The translations under genes were made by a program, and so were the position numbers. Source: a virus (taxonomy: Duplodnaviria; Caudoviricetes). From it: a stretch of 60,447 bases of DNA. The notes beneath the pieces are model-generated. The model did no database searches. It worked only from the letters and a program-made list of their open reading frames with translations, and was not told the DNA's origin. The stretch is taken from the IMG/VR virus record IMGVR_UViG_3300025000_000108, positions 1 through 60,447 of that record; one strand, given 5' to 3'. Of the stretch, positions 26,273 through 35,613 are shown piece after piece; the stretch's first letter is position 1, and each line of letters begins with the position of its first letter.

Positions 26273-26580
26273 TAGGTGCTGTCAGAGAACAACTAAAAGT
26301 ACTGACTAGATCATCAGGTTGGTCTAAGGTAAGGAAAGAAGTTATCCAAAGAGATAAGGCTTGTAGAGTCTGTGGTAAAAAGAAGAACCTACAAGTACAC
26401 CACATAGTTCCTTTTCATATATTACCTCAGAGAGAGTTAGATAAAAATAACTTGGTGACTCTGTGTGGTAGGTGTCACCTACTTATAGGACATAAGGATA
26501 ATTGGAAAGACTATAATCTTAATGTAGCTACAGATGCTATGTGGATCTTAACTAAGATACTAAGGAGGGTGATTGATTGA
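26269..26580 (+). CDS. HNH endonuclease
   Basis: CRVC, VHHI, NLVTLC..CH...H. Confidence 0.9.
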   Translation: MIGAVREQLKVLTRSSGWSKVRKEVIQRDKACRVCGKKKNLQVHHIVPFHILPQRELDKNNLVTLCGRCHLLIGHKDNWKDYNLNVATDAMWILTKILRRVID

Positions 26581-26819
26581 ATTGGGATATAGTTTCACAG
26601 ATCTGGATAACTATATTTGGGTGCAGTGCTATATATCTTGTTGGTAGGTTAGACAAGTGGAAGAAGTATGGTTACCTATTAGGGTTGTTCTCTCAACCAG
26701 CTTGGTACATTACTTCCTATATTAATGAGCAATGGGGTATCTTATTTCTTTCTCTTTGGTACACATACTCATGGGCTAATGGATTCTATAATTACTGGTA
26801 CAAGGAGGGTTCTGTTTGA
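26577..26819 (+). CDS. Small membrane protein (PnuC-like phage family)
   Basis: Three hydrophobic helices; G...G...QP.W......QWG motif. Confidence 0.65.
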   Translation: MNWDIVSQIWITIFGCSAIYLVGRLDKWKKYGYLLGLFSQPAWYITSYINEQWGILFLSLWYTYSWANGFYNYWYKEGSV

Positions 26820-28786
26820 GTGTAGAGGAACAACTAAGCAACTATATTTTTCTCAGCAAGTACAGTAGGTGGCAGGAAGACAAGAACAGAAGAGAGACTT
26901 GGAGTGAGTGTGTAAGAAGATATACTAACTTCTTCGAGAAAAGAATCTCAGAGATGATAGGGAACGATGAGTACACTCTGAACACTATTTGTCAGATAGA
27001 AGGTGCTATCCTAAACAAAGAAGTTATGCCATCAATGAGAGCACTGATGACTGCCGGTAAAGCCTTAGAGCGTGATCATGCAGCAGGATATAATTGTGCT
27101 GCAATTGCTATCAGTCACCCTAGATGCTTTGATGAGATCTTCTATCTTCTTATGAATGGTTGTGGTGTTGGCTATTCAGTGGAGAGACAGTACATCAGTA
27201 AACTTCCTACAGTCTCTGAGAACTTCTATGAAACTGACACAACAATTAAAGTACAAGACTCAAAGATTGGATGGTCTAAGGCACTTAAGGAACTTATTGC
27301 TCTATTGTATAATGGGGATATACCTAATTGGGATCTCTCTGCTGTACGCCCTGCTGGTGCTCGTCTGCGTACCTTTGGTGGTAGGGCTTCTGGTCCTTCC
27401 CCTCTTAATTCTCTATTGGAATATACTGTTAGGCTTTTTAAAAGAGCAGCAGGAAGAAAGCTGAACTCTCTTGAATGCCATGACCTATGCTGTAAGATTG
27501 CCGATGTGGTTATAGTAGGGTCTGTAAGAAGAAGTGCAATGATCTCAATGAGTAATCTTACAGATCTCCGTATGTCTACAGCTAAGTCTGGTGAGTGGTA
27601 TCTGAAGAATCCTGAAAGAGCACTTGCAAATAACTCAGTAGCTTATACTGAGAAACCTGACTTCAGTAACTTCCTTGAGGAGTTCAAAGGACTCTACCAG
27701 AGTAAGGCAGGTGAAAGAGGTATCATTAATAAAGTTGCACTTAGGAAAAAAGCTGAGAGTTGTGGCAGAGAACACGATGGTGATTACCTTTTAAACCCAT
27801 GTGGAGAAGCAGTACTCAGAGACTCAGGGGGTTTTTGTAACTTAACTGAGGTTATAGCTAGACCAACAGATACTCTTGAGGATCTAAAGAGAAAGGTTAA
27901 ACTAGCTACTATCATTGGTACTCTTCAATCTACTCTTACAGATTTCAGGTACTTACGTAAGATCTGGAAGGATAATGCAGAGGAAGAGAGACTATTAGGT
28001 GTATCTCTTACAGGTATCATGGATCATCCTGTGATGAATGGTTCTCTAGATGAGTACTGTAATAAACATGAGCACGAATACCCATCTGTTTGGGAACATT
28101 CGGACTTTTATTCATGCACCTCACTAGAAGAAGCCCTGACAGAACTCAAACAAGTTGCTATAGAAACCAACAAAGAGTGGGCAGAGTATCTTCAGATAAA
28201 TCCCTCCAAACAGTTGACTTTAGTAAAACCATCTGGTACTGTCAGTCAGTTATGTAACACATCATCAGGGATACATCCTCATTTCTCTCCCTATTACTTA
28301 CGGAGAGTAACTCAGGATAGGAAAGATCCTCTGACAGATATGCTTATATCTCAAGGAGTTCCTCATGCTATTCGAGGAGAGAAAGCTATCTTCAGTTTCC
28401 CAATCAAGTCACCTGAAGGTGCTATTTGTGCTAGAGATATCGGGCCACTAAAGCAACTAGAACTCTGGAAGACATATAGAGAATACTGGTGTGATGGTAA
28501 CCCAAGTCAAACTATCTACTACACAGACGACAGCTTCTTGGATGTTCAGAGTTGGGTGTGGAAAAATTGGGACTCTGTTGGTGGACTATCTTTCTTCCCT
28601 CTTGATGATTATGTATATGATAGGGAGATACAACCGTATCTAGAGATCAATCAAGAAGATTACCAGAAGTACCTAGCTGAGTTCCCTGATATTGCTTGGG
28701 ATAAGTTAGTAGACTTCGAGGAGGAAGATGGCACACAAGGACAAACAGAGTATGCCTGTCAAGGCGGGCAATGTGACCTTGTGTAG
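26816..28786 (+). CDS. nrdJ: Class II (adenosylcobalamin-dependent) ribonucleotide reductase
   Basis: KYSRW..RRETW, PSMR, YNC, GCGVG, GGRASGP, VRRSA, NPCGE, CNL.E, VKPSGT, C-terminal C.GG.C; no beta subunit nearby. Confidence 0.95.
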   Translation: MSVEEQLSNYIFLSKYSRWQEDKNRRETWSECVRRYTNFFEKRISEMIGNDEYTLNTICQIEGAILNKEVMPSMRALMTAGKALERDHAAGYNCAAIAISHPRCFDEIFYLLMNGCGVGYSVERQYISKLPTVSENFYETDTTIKVQDSKIGWSKALKELIALLYNGDIPNWDLSAVRPAGARLRTFGGRASGPSPLNSLLEYTVRLFKRAAGRKLNSLECHDLCCKIADVVIVGSVRRSAMISMSNLTDLRMSTAKSGEWYLKNPERALANNSVAYTEKPDFSNFLEEFKGLYQSKAGERGIINKVALRKKAESCGREHDGDYLLNPCGEAVLRDSGGFCNLTEVIARPTDTLEDLKRKVKLATIIGTLQSTLTDFRYLRKIWKDNAEEERLLGVSLTGIMDHPVMNGSLDEYCNKHEHEYPSVWEHSDFYSCTSLEEALTELKQVAIETNKEWAEYLQINPSKQLTLVKPSGTVSQLCNTSSGIHPHFSPYYLRRVTQDRKDPLTDMLISQGVPHAIRGEKAIFSFPIKSPEGAICARDIGPLKQLELWKTYREYWCDGNPSQTIYYTDDSFLDVQSWVWKNWDSVGGLSFFPLDDYVYDREIQPYLEINQEDYQKYLAEFPDIAWDKLVDFEEEDGTQGQTEYACQGGQCDLV

Positions 28787-28788
28787 CT

Positions 28789-29268
28789 ATGGGGTACAAC
28801 AGGGGCGGAAAAGCAGAAAGAGAAAACTGGCCTGATGGTCACAGAAGATGCACTAAGTGTGACAAGATTCTCCCATTCTCCGAGTTTCATGCGCTAAAGC
28901 ATTCTTACTATGGTGGTGTAAACACTGAGTGTAAACTGTGCAAGAAGTTGAGATCAAAGGGGGACTATACAAAACAGTCTATAGAATCTAGATTATATAA
29001 CTCTGCAAAGAACAGGGCGAAGAAATATGGGAGAATATTTTCTATAGGTATCGAAGATGTAGTTATTCCAGATAGTTGTCCTGTGTTTGGAACTAAGTTT
29101 GAGGTTGGTAATTATCAAACATGTGCAACTCTAGATAGAATAGATAATTCTAAGGGTTATGAAAAGGGCAATATATGTATAATATCTGGGAGAGCTAATA
29201 GGTTAAAAGGAGATGCAGATGTACTTGACTTAGAGTTACTTCTCAGTTGGATGAAAAGTATCAACTAA
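28789..29268 (+). CDS. HNH homing endonuclease
   Basis: CTKC..CKLC zinc finger, CPVFG, LDRIDNSKGY..GN...IS..AN..K. Confidence 0.85.
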   Translation: MGYNRGGKAERENWPDGHRRCTKCDKILPFSEFHALKHSYYGGVNTECKLCKKLRSKGDYTKQSIESRLYNSAKNRAKKYGRIFSIGIEDVVIPDSCPVFGTKFEVGNYQTCATLDRIDNSKGYEKGNICIISGRANRLKGDADVLDLELLLSWMKSIN

Positions 29269-29334
29269 ATACTTTACTTTTACTAATCAGCGTGTATAGT
29301 ATCGTTTAACCATCTAACTTTTATAGGAGGACTA

Positions 29335-29580
29335 ATGATGCCAACACGTAGAGTAGATAATAGTAAACACCTTGCGAACTCTAAGAAAAGAACCAGACAG
29401 AAAATCAGAGTCGTCAAGACACCAGTAAAACAATTTAGTATAACTCCAGACCCTAGAGTACCCAAGCAGTTTGATGTGTGGATGGGTGCTGTGAAGTTCA
29501 AGTTTCAGATAGAGGATCTGATAGAGTTAACTAAAACATGTGCAGAAGTTCTGAATAGAAGTAAGAGCTTCTGGAAATAG
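29335..29580 (+). CDS. Basic hypothetical protein
   Basis: AGGAGG RBS. Confidence 0.65.
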   Translation: MMPTRRVDNSKHLANSKKRTRQKIRVVKTPVKQFSITPDPRVPKQFDVWMGAVKFKFQIEDLIELTKTCAEVLNRSKSFWK

Positions 29581-29640
29581 TTCGCATACCTCGTATGCTA
29601 AAAAGCCCTGATAGGGTCTATCAGGGCTAATAGGTGCTGA

Positions 29641-30201
29641 ATGGAATTTAAGAAATTATTTATATTATTAACTTGTGTGATAGGTCTTTCTTCTTGTGCA
29701 ACTCCTTATGATGTGGATATTGTAAAAGAGGATGCTAGTATGTTTAAGTCACATACAACAAGTGCAGCTAGTCAAGTAGACTCTAAGGTGCAAGCTATAT
29801 CTAAATTAACATTTAATTGTACTGATGATACAGCTTCTTGTGGTGCAGCTAAGGCGATGAATAATGTGCTTGTATCTCAAGCAATAGCAGGTATACAAGC
29901 ACCTGAGTACCAAGGTAAGAACCACAAGACAGGGCTTGATGTACAAGATAAAGCAGTTGAGAAGGTTGGAGATGGCATTCCTATTGCTGGTATGACTATA
30001 GTATCTAGATCCGCTATTAACAAAGACAAAGGAACTACCAGGATAGATGCTAAAGAGGGATCTGAGGTATCTTATGAGTACAGAGAGGATCACGCTACCA
30101 GTTTAGGAGATGGCACTGCGATTAACACTCCTGGCCCTGCTGGTGGGACTGTAGACACAAGTAGTGGTCATAACACTGACGATCATAGTACAACTAATTA
30201 A
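29641..30201 (+). CDS. Lipoprotein
   Basis: Signal peptide with lipobox LSSC. Confidence 0.75.
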   Translation: MEFKKLFILLTCVIGLSSCATPYDVDIVKEDASMFKSHTTSAASQVDSKVQAISKLTFNCTDDTASCGAAKAMNNVLVSQAIAGIQAPEYQGKNHKTGLDVQDKAVEKVGDGIPIAGMTIVSRSAINKDKGTTRIDAKEGSEVSYEYREDHATSLGDGTAINTPGPAGGTVDTSSGHNTDDHSTTN

Positions 30202-30207
30202 AACACA

Positions 30208-30248
30208 AAAAGCCTAATAGGGTTCTATATGAACTCTATTAGGCTTTT
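30208..30248. terminator. Bidirectional rho-independent terminator where the two arms converge
   Basis: AAAAGCCTAATAGGGTTC / GAACTCTATTAGGCTTTT stem flanked by A and T runs. Confidence 0.85.
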
Positions 30249-30285
30249 CTTATTGGTGCTGTTATTGATATTAGTTTCTAATCAA

Positions 30286-32430
30286 TCACACAGCCTCTTC
30301 TGCGCCAAATGCGATAGTTGGAACAGTCGAGACATATTTTTGTACCCTAATATCGTCAATGAAAGCCCCTCCCACGTAATTGGACCCTACGACCTCAACA
30401 TTAATAGGGTTATTAAATTGCGACGACAAAGTACCAACTTGAGTATCATCAATGAGGAAAATTACAGAGCTGTCTGATTTTATAACTATAGAAAACTTAT
30501 GCCACCCCAACGACCTATCTATGGTTGTCACTGTCCATTCAAAAGTTTTGTTGTGATAAGCGAACTTTGTCGTTGACCCACTGGTGTAAACACCAATACC
30601 AACTTTATTACCGCCCCCGGAATAGGCTCTGAATGCTACGACGTTAGGGGAATCAAGATCATCATAAAAATCAGCACTCAGTATTATGTCAGCCCCAACC
30701 AGGCATTCATTGACATGCCTAACCAACATAGTTGCCCCTAAATACTGCTCAAGATTAAAGCTATAGCCGCCACGCCTAGAGGTTCTCGACCTCCCATATA
30801 TCCCCACTCCCTGAATCCTCCCCCATGTCCCGGCTGTTGTCATCGCATATGCATATGGCACTTCATCGGTGACGGATATATGGTATTCAAAGGCTTCATT
30901 TAGTGCTGAGTACCAGATTTTAACTGTATCTGTGGTGGGGTAATAGACCATAGATGATTGGTATATGAGCCTGTCCCATGCATCTAGCCTGTTCATTATC
31001 GCTGTATTCGAGCAGGGAGTGAATGTCAAACCGTTATCACTTGTATAGATAATCAAATCCTTCCCGGTTGTATATTCCGCTACAAGGGCAATGTATTTCG
31101 ATTTTTCCGATATATACGTAATATTTAAATGCCATGCCCTTGCAATCCCAGATGTTGCAGTTTCGTCCGTCCACGTCACGCCGTCAGTTGATGTCCACCG
31201 CTTGAGGGAGGTAGACACGGTTGCATTTTGCAGCCAAAGATAATATGTTGATCCTATCTTTACCACAGACGGTGAAACATATGAAATTGTTCCGGTATCA
31301 AACTGCATCAGTGATAAAGGAACGCTCCAAGATATTCCGTCGCTTGACTTTATCAGCCATACAGTTTGCGTGGAGCCGACCCTATCCATGTAATAGATCC
31401 AAATCTCATCCGTTGATTCGTGATATAGTTGATAAGGATCAAAATTATGACTTCCGCCCACACCTTCACTTGGAAGCGGAACAATCGGATTTGTTAATCC
31501 AGAAGGAACACTCCAGAACTCACCATCGTCAGAAACAAGCATTGACGGATTTTCAATCAGGTAACCTGTAAAATTGTCTCCGTGAGGGGTAAATACCATC
31601 CAATATTTGTGGCCATTCCACCCATTGGGGAAATATAAAACAGACGGATGGACTGCGTTTCCACCCCCATCGTATGTTGGTGTTGTAAGCGGATTGTTAT
31701 TTGCGAACGATCCGCCTATAGGCTGTTCAAAATCCTCTGCGAACAAAAACGTATCGGAAATCGACGATGAATCAGTTGCAGCAGCGTTGCCATAATAGCA
31801 ATAAATCGTAGTGTCTCCACTGCCTAATACAGTCGGCACTTTGATATAAAAAGTGGCAGAAACACCATCTGTTTTCGACTCAAGCCAGAACGACAGATCG
31901 GTTGTCCCGTCAGAAGCGCGAAAGCGAATGTCGGAAAAATCCGCCTGCATGTCGCTGTCATAAGCGATGGTGACAAGCTGTTGATAATCAGTGATTACTG
32001 ACCCTGAGTTGGTGAGTGTGATTGGCTTGCGCTTTGTCCAGGCAGGAATTACTGGCGGGGAGTAAACCTCTCCAGCCCACGAGTATGCTCTGCGCAGGAC
32101 CGCTTCGGCGGTGCCTATTATGTAGAGGAAATAGCCCTTAGAAGCGTTGCCTCCAAGTTCCCATCCGTTATTGAGATATATACTGGCCTGCATATTCGCG
32201 ATGATCGTTGCGGCGTCGAGCAACGAAACAGGTTGTCCTTCTCCGTCGAGAGCAAAGAAAATTGACCAAAATTCTGCCCTGATATTTGGCGCGTCACTGA
32301 TTGATAAGCCGATAGTATCAACCAAATTATTACTTACTAACCATTTCCCTATCAGCCCCTCGCTGGGTAGCCCAGTGCCACCTGTGAGCACCCTCCTGAA
32401 CAACTTCCTATAAGACTTTCTATTACTCAT
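30286..32430 (-). CDS. Tail spike / receptor-binding protein (DUF2341-like + glycoside hydrolase-like beta-propeller + concanavalin-like domain)
   Basis: DM.ADFSDIRF...L.FW.E...KVP...YYGN (DUF2341-like), HPSV...WNG.KYWM..TP, Asp-box repeats S.DG.TW. Confidence 0.75.
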   Translation of the reverse strand: MSNRKSYRKLFRRVLTGGTGLPSEGLIGKWLVSNNLVDTIGLSISDAPNIRAEFWSIFFALDGEGQPVSLLDAATIIANMQASIYLNNGWELGGNASKGYFLYIIGTAEAVLRRAYSWAGEVYSPPVIPAWTKRKPITLTNSGSVITDYQQLVTIAYDSDMQADFSDIRFRASDGTTDLSFWLESKTDGVSATFYIKVPTVLGSGDTTIYCYYGNAAATDSSSISDTFLFAEDFEQPIGGSFANNNPLTTPTYDGGGNAVHPSVLYFPNGWNGHKYWMVFTPHGDNFTGYLIENPSMLVSDDGEFWSVPSGLTNPIVPLPSEGVGGSHNFDPYQLYHESTDEIWIYYMDRVGSTQTVWLIKSSDGISWSVPLSLMQFDTGTISYVSPSVVKIGSTYYLWLQNATVSTSLKRWTSTDGVTWTDETATSGIARAWHLNITYISEKSKYIALVAEYTTGKDLIIYTSDNGLTFTPCSNTAIMNRLDAWDRLIYQSSMVYYPTTDTVKIWYSALNEAFEYHISVTDEVPYAYAMTTAGTWGRIQGVGIYGRSRTSRRGGYSFNLEQYLGATMLVRHVNECLVGADIILSADFYDDLDSPNVVAFRAYSGGGNKVGIGVYTSGSTTKFAYHNKTFEWTVTTIDRSLGWHKFSIVIKSDSSVIFLIDDTQVGTLSSQFNNPINVEVVGSNYVGGAFIDDIRVQKYVSTVPTIAFGAEEAV

Positions 32431-32432
32431 AG

Positions 32433-32819
32433 TTAATCAATAAGGTAAAAGATTACTTTAACTTTAGCTGAATTAGTTGCATTACCAGTTAGTGTTATAG
32501 TACCACCGTTTATAATAGGTGTGTTCTGGCTCAACAGACCCCTACCAGAACTGGCAGTAATAGTAGTTGTGCCAGACCCTGGTAGATATGGGATAGCATA
32601 TCCATCCTTGATCACATAAGTTAAACTATTAGGTGGTGTAGTTCCGTCAAATACAAAACTAATATCAGACACCATCCCTGCAAAATCAGTTGGTAGTGTG
32701 TACACAGGGAAAGAACCATCAGCAGCATCAGCAGTAAATTGAACTACCCAAGCCTTAGTATATGATAATGATCTGTCCACAGTACCTGTCAACAAACTTC
32801 CTACAGCAGTTCCTGCCAT
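32433..32819 (-). CDS. Putative virion structural protein
   Basis: Beta-rich T/G/S composition; late module. Confidence 0.6.
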   Translation of the reverse strand: MAGTAVGSLLTGTVDRSLSYTKAWVVQFTADAADGSFPVYTLPTDFAGMVSDISFVFDGTTPPNSLTYVIKDGYAIPYLPGSGTTTITASSGRGLLSQNTPIINGGTITLTGNATNSAKVKVIFYLID

Positions 32820-32879
32820 ATTATTCCTCTCTATAGAGACAACACCTGATGGGGTATATCAGGTGTTGTTAGTTTCAAT

Positions 32880-33071
32880 TTAAATCCTTTCGGGATTCCC
32901 TATCTCTTTAGCTCCTGTCATTTCTTTCAGTTCTTCAAGAGTTATTCCCTTCTCTTCTTGCTCTTTTATAAGCACATCTAAAAGAGAGATAGCACCAATA
33001 GTTTGATGGTACACAGCAAAAGCATTATCTCTCTGTGCTATCAGGTTCTCTCTTTCTTTATAAAGATTCAT
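32880..33071 (-). CDS. Small coiled-coil protein (possible tail fibre chaperone)
   Basis: Coupled to 33071..33916. Confidence 0.55.
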   Translation of the reverse strand: MNLYKERENLIAQRDNAFAVYHQTIGAISLLDVLIKEQEEKGITLEELKEMTGAKEIGNPERI

Positions 33072-33916
33072 TAACTTTCAGTCCTATTGGTGTTAGCATC
33101 TGTGAGCATAATGTAATAGGGGGTTCCATCTTCACTGACAATCTTTAAAGAGTGGGTAAGTCCCTGTGTAGTATGAACACAGAGCAAACCACCAGTTTCA
33201 GCAGCTACGTTAGGTACTCGCATAAGGTTATTAGACTTCTTAGCCCCTGTATTAGTGAATCTCAAGAATGCAAAGTTAGTTGGTACAGTAGCTTCTGTTG
33301 CTATATCAGTGTCCACTTGGATAACAGAACAAGTACCACCAATATTAGTAGATGCAGCAGCAATACCGAAAGTTGCTCTGAGTGCATTAGCAGCTCCACT
33401 TACGGCAGCACTAGCTCCAGCAGTCCCAAGAGAAATATGAGCACCATTAACAGTACCACCAGTAGCGACTGATACCCCATTAATAGTAGCCATAGTCCTA
33501 AATGCCTCTCCTGAACCACCAGCACCAGAGAAGTACAGTCGAAGGTACTGACCACGCATATCACCAGTGGTGTGTGTACCGTCCAAATAGAACTCCATAG
33601 CATTCAGGGCAGTAGCACCGAGAGAACTATTAGCACCACTAGTACCAGCACCTAACAAACTACCTGCCGTGGTGGTCTTTAGTGTGAGCTTATCAGCAAT
33701 TACATTCCGGAAGCTACCAATATCTTTGTTAGCATCTACTACTACAGCTTTACTTGCAACTACAGTCCCTGCTACAGAACCATCAATAAGATTCAACTCA
33801 GCAGCACTAGCTGTGGTGGTAATACCAGCAGTAGCATAAAGCTCAGTGAAGTTATCGTTGATGTTCTTACGGTCACTCGAATTAATACTTACAGATTTCA
33901 ATACTTTCTTTGCCAT
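33071..33916 (-). CDS. Putative tail/whisker fibre protein
   Basis: N-terminal INDNFTELY anchor motif; TASAAELN..DG...G...ASKAVV.DANKD motif; Gly/Ala-rich. Confidence 0.65.
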   Translation of the reverse strand: MAKKVLKSVSINSSDRKNINDNFTELYATAGITTTASAAELNLIDGSVAGTVVASKAVVVDANKDIGSFRNVIADKLTLKTTTAGSLLGAGTSGANSSLGATALNAMEFYLDGTHTTGDMRGQYLRLYFSGAGGSGEAFRTMATINGVSVATGGTVNGAHISLGTAGASAAVSGAANALRATFGIAAASTNIGGTCSVIQVDTDIATEATVPTNFAFLRFTNTGAKKSNNLMRVPNVAAETGGLLCVHTTQGLTHSLKIVSEDGTPYYIMLTDANTNRTES

Positions 33917-34020
33917 TTAATTACTCCTTCGATAAGATTTATATTACTGCTTTCATTCGGTCATATAATAATGGCTAATCATATAACCCCCAATCTAATA
34001 AGTCCATTACCTATTAGATC

Positions 34021-34632
34021 TTATTTTGTTGTATTAGAATAAGAACCTAATGTGTCAGATAAATAATGAATATCAAACTCTTTAACTAATATATCTCCAG
34101 CAACTAAGTTGTCCTCTCTGTATATTTGTATATCAAGGATAGAAGATATAGTTGTTATTCCGGACCCAACTATAGGTGGAAATAAAAGCTTATTATTTAT
34201 AGTTCCAGAGGTATAACTAAAAGTATTTGTTGTACTAATTATAGTTGTAAAAACTGGTATTGTTTCTCCAAGTTCATACCACCTATACTTTAGTTTAAAG
34301 GTAGGTAGATCAGCACCTGTTTGAATATAATGTAGGTGAGGAACTATATTTGTACCTAACTTATAGCTATGTGGTAATTGAGCTACTATATAAATTATTT
34401 CAGTAGCATCGTTCTGTGGAAATAATAGACCATTATCTGTATAGTCAAAGTCAGGTTTATTAAGAGCACCTAGTCTTGTAGATGTAACTGGAAATCTTAA
34501 ATCATCCCACACAGAGTTATTTCCAGTACCACTATAGTCAACCTTGTTCGTGTAGATATCTGTGAAGTTATCATTAAGAATCTTCTTATCTGTTGATGGT
34601 AAGAAATTATTCTTTATAATCTTCTTTGTCAT
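34021..34632 (-). CDS. Putative virion appendage protein
   Basis: N-terminal LNDNFTDIY anchor shared with 33071..33916; WDDLRFP, QLPH.YK.GT...PH.H, FDIHY motifs. Confidence 0.65.
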   Translation of the reverse strand: MTKKIIKNNFLPSTDKKILNDNFTDIYTNKVDYSGTGNNSVWDDLRFPVTSTRLGALNKPDFDYTDNGLLFPQNDATEIIYIVAQLPHSYKLGTNIVPHLHYIQTGADLPTFKLKYRWYELGETIPVFTTIISTTNTFSYTSGTINNKLLFPPIVGSGITTISSILDIQIYREDNLVAGDILVKEFDIHYLSDTLGSYSNTTK

Positions 34633-34943
34633 ACAAATACCTTACCTAATACCCACACAGCAAATGGTGATATAAAAGCTAGTAGTCCAACTATAGCACC
34701 AGCTTTCACTGTGAAATCATGACTCTTCTGTATCTCCTTATCCTGCTGCTTATTATAATTCTTTAGTTCTTCTAGTGTTCTTGTTACTGATTCATTGAAC
34801 CTTTGTAGCTCTAGTATGTTCTCGGAGAGTCTAGCAATAATCTCTCTGTTATCTTGCTGTCCTCTTGACACCTCCGATACTAGATCCTTTAAGTCTTTGA
34901 TCATCTCCATAACATACTTATGTGCCTCACAGTCTACTGTCAT
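34629..34943 (-). CDS. Putative holin-like protein (coiled coil plus C-terminal TM helix)
   Basis: Architecture similar to XhlA/hemolysin-type phage proteins. Confidence 0.5.
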   Translation of the reverse strand: MTVDCEAHKYVMEMIKDLKDLVSEVSRGQQDNREIIARLSENILELQRFNESVTRTLEELKNYNKQQDKEIQKSHDFTVKAGAIVGLLAFISPFAVWVLGKVFV

Positions 34944-34984
34944 CTTAGATTTCCAATTTAAGGTATCTAGGAGGCTCTGTATTA

Positions 34985-35045
34985 AACGATTAGGTATAGG
35001 TCAGTAGGGTAGGATACCTTGCACCTAATAGTTGCTTACAGGTCA
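34985..35045 (-). repeat. Dispersed bipartite element, copy 2
   Basis: Reverse complement of the blocks at 4789-4849 with the same 17-nt spacing. Confidence 0.9.
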
Positions 35046-35342
35046 TCCTAGTGCTTTTCTCTCCCTAGCCTCCTTGTGCTCGTAGTAAGGCTTCCATCCT
35101 CCGACAGTTACACCTACCCACATTGCCAGTGCTACGAGTGGATGCCATTGCTTCAGGACACACAGTGCCAAGGCTGAATCTGCTGCCCACTTGTTCCTAC
35201 CCTCTGCGTAATCCCAATCATGCTTCACGCAGCACTTATGCCAGTTACCCTCTGGGAACTTAGTACACTCCCAATCAGAAGTTATCCAAGGGTACTTCTC
35301 CTGCATAGTCTTCTTCAGCTTCTCAATCTGATCTTTCCCCAT
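35043..35342 (-). CDS. Phospholipase A2-like / DUF1353-like protein
   Basis: CCVKHDWDY (CCxxHDxxY) followed by AD..L..C and M..GV..GG. Confidence 0.65.
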   Translation of the reverse strand: MGKDQIEKLKKTMQEKYPWITSDWECTKFPEGNWHKCCVKHDWDYAEGRNKWAADSALALCVLKQWHPLVALAMWVGVTVGGWKPYYEHKEARERKALG

Positions 35343-35369
35343 AGCCCACCTAAAGTTGGAGGAAGTTAC

Positions 35370-35391
35370 AAAAAAAAAAAAAAAAAAAAAA
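35370..35391. repeat. A22 homopolymer
   Basis: 22 consecutive A on the + strand. Confidence 0.95.
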
Positions 35392-35613
35392 TTAACATAC
35401 TAATAGTACTATTAGTACCTATAGTACTTATAGTCCAATAGATCTAATAGGTTAAGTTAATAATATTATTATATCTTTATACTATTAGATCTACTAGACC
35501 TACTAGATGCTGTAAGAACTCCTATCAGCACCTAGTAGATCTCCGATAAATACCAGTAGGTCTATTAGAATTAACTAACGTTAATTTCTTTATTTAACTA
35601 TCTAATAGATCTA

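Noticed and set aside
30286-32430. Diversity-generating retroelement acting on the receptor-binding gene
   Set aside because: No reverse transcriptase and no template/variable repeat pair with adenine-specific mismatches; the terL duplicate differs at wobble positions, not specifically at A.
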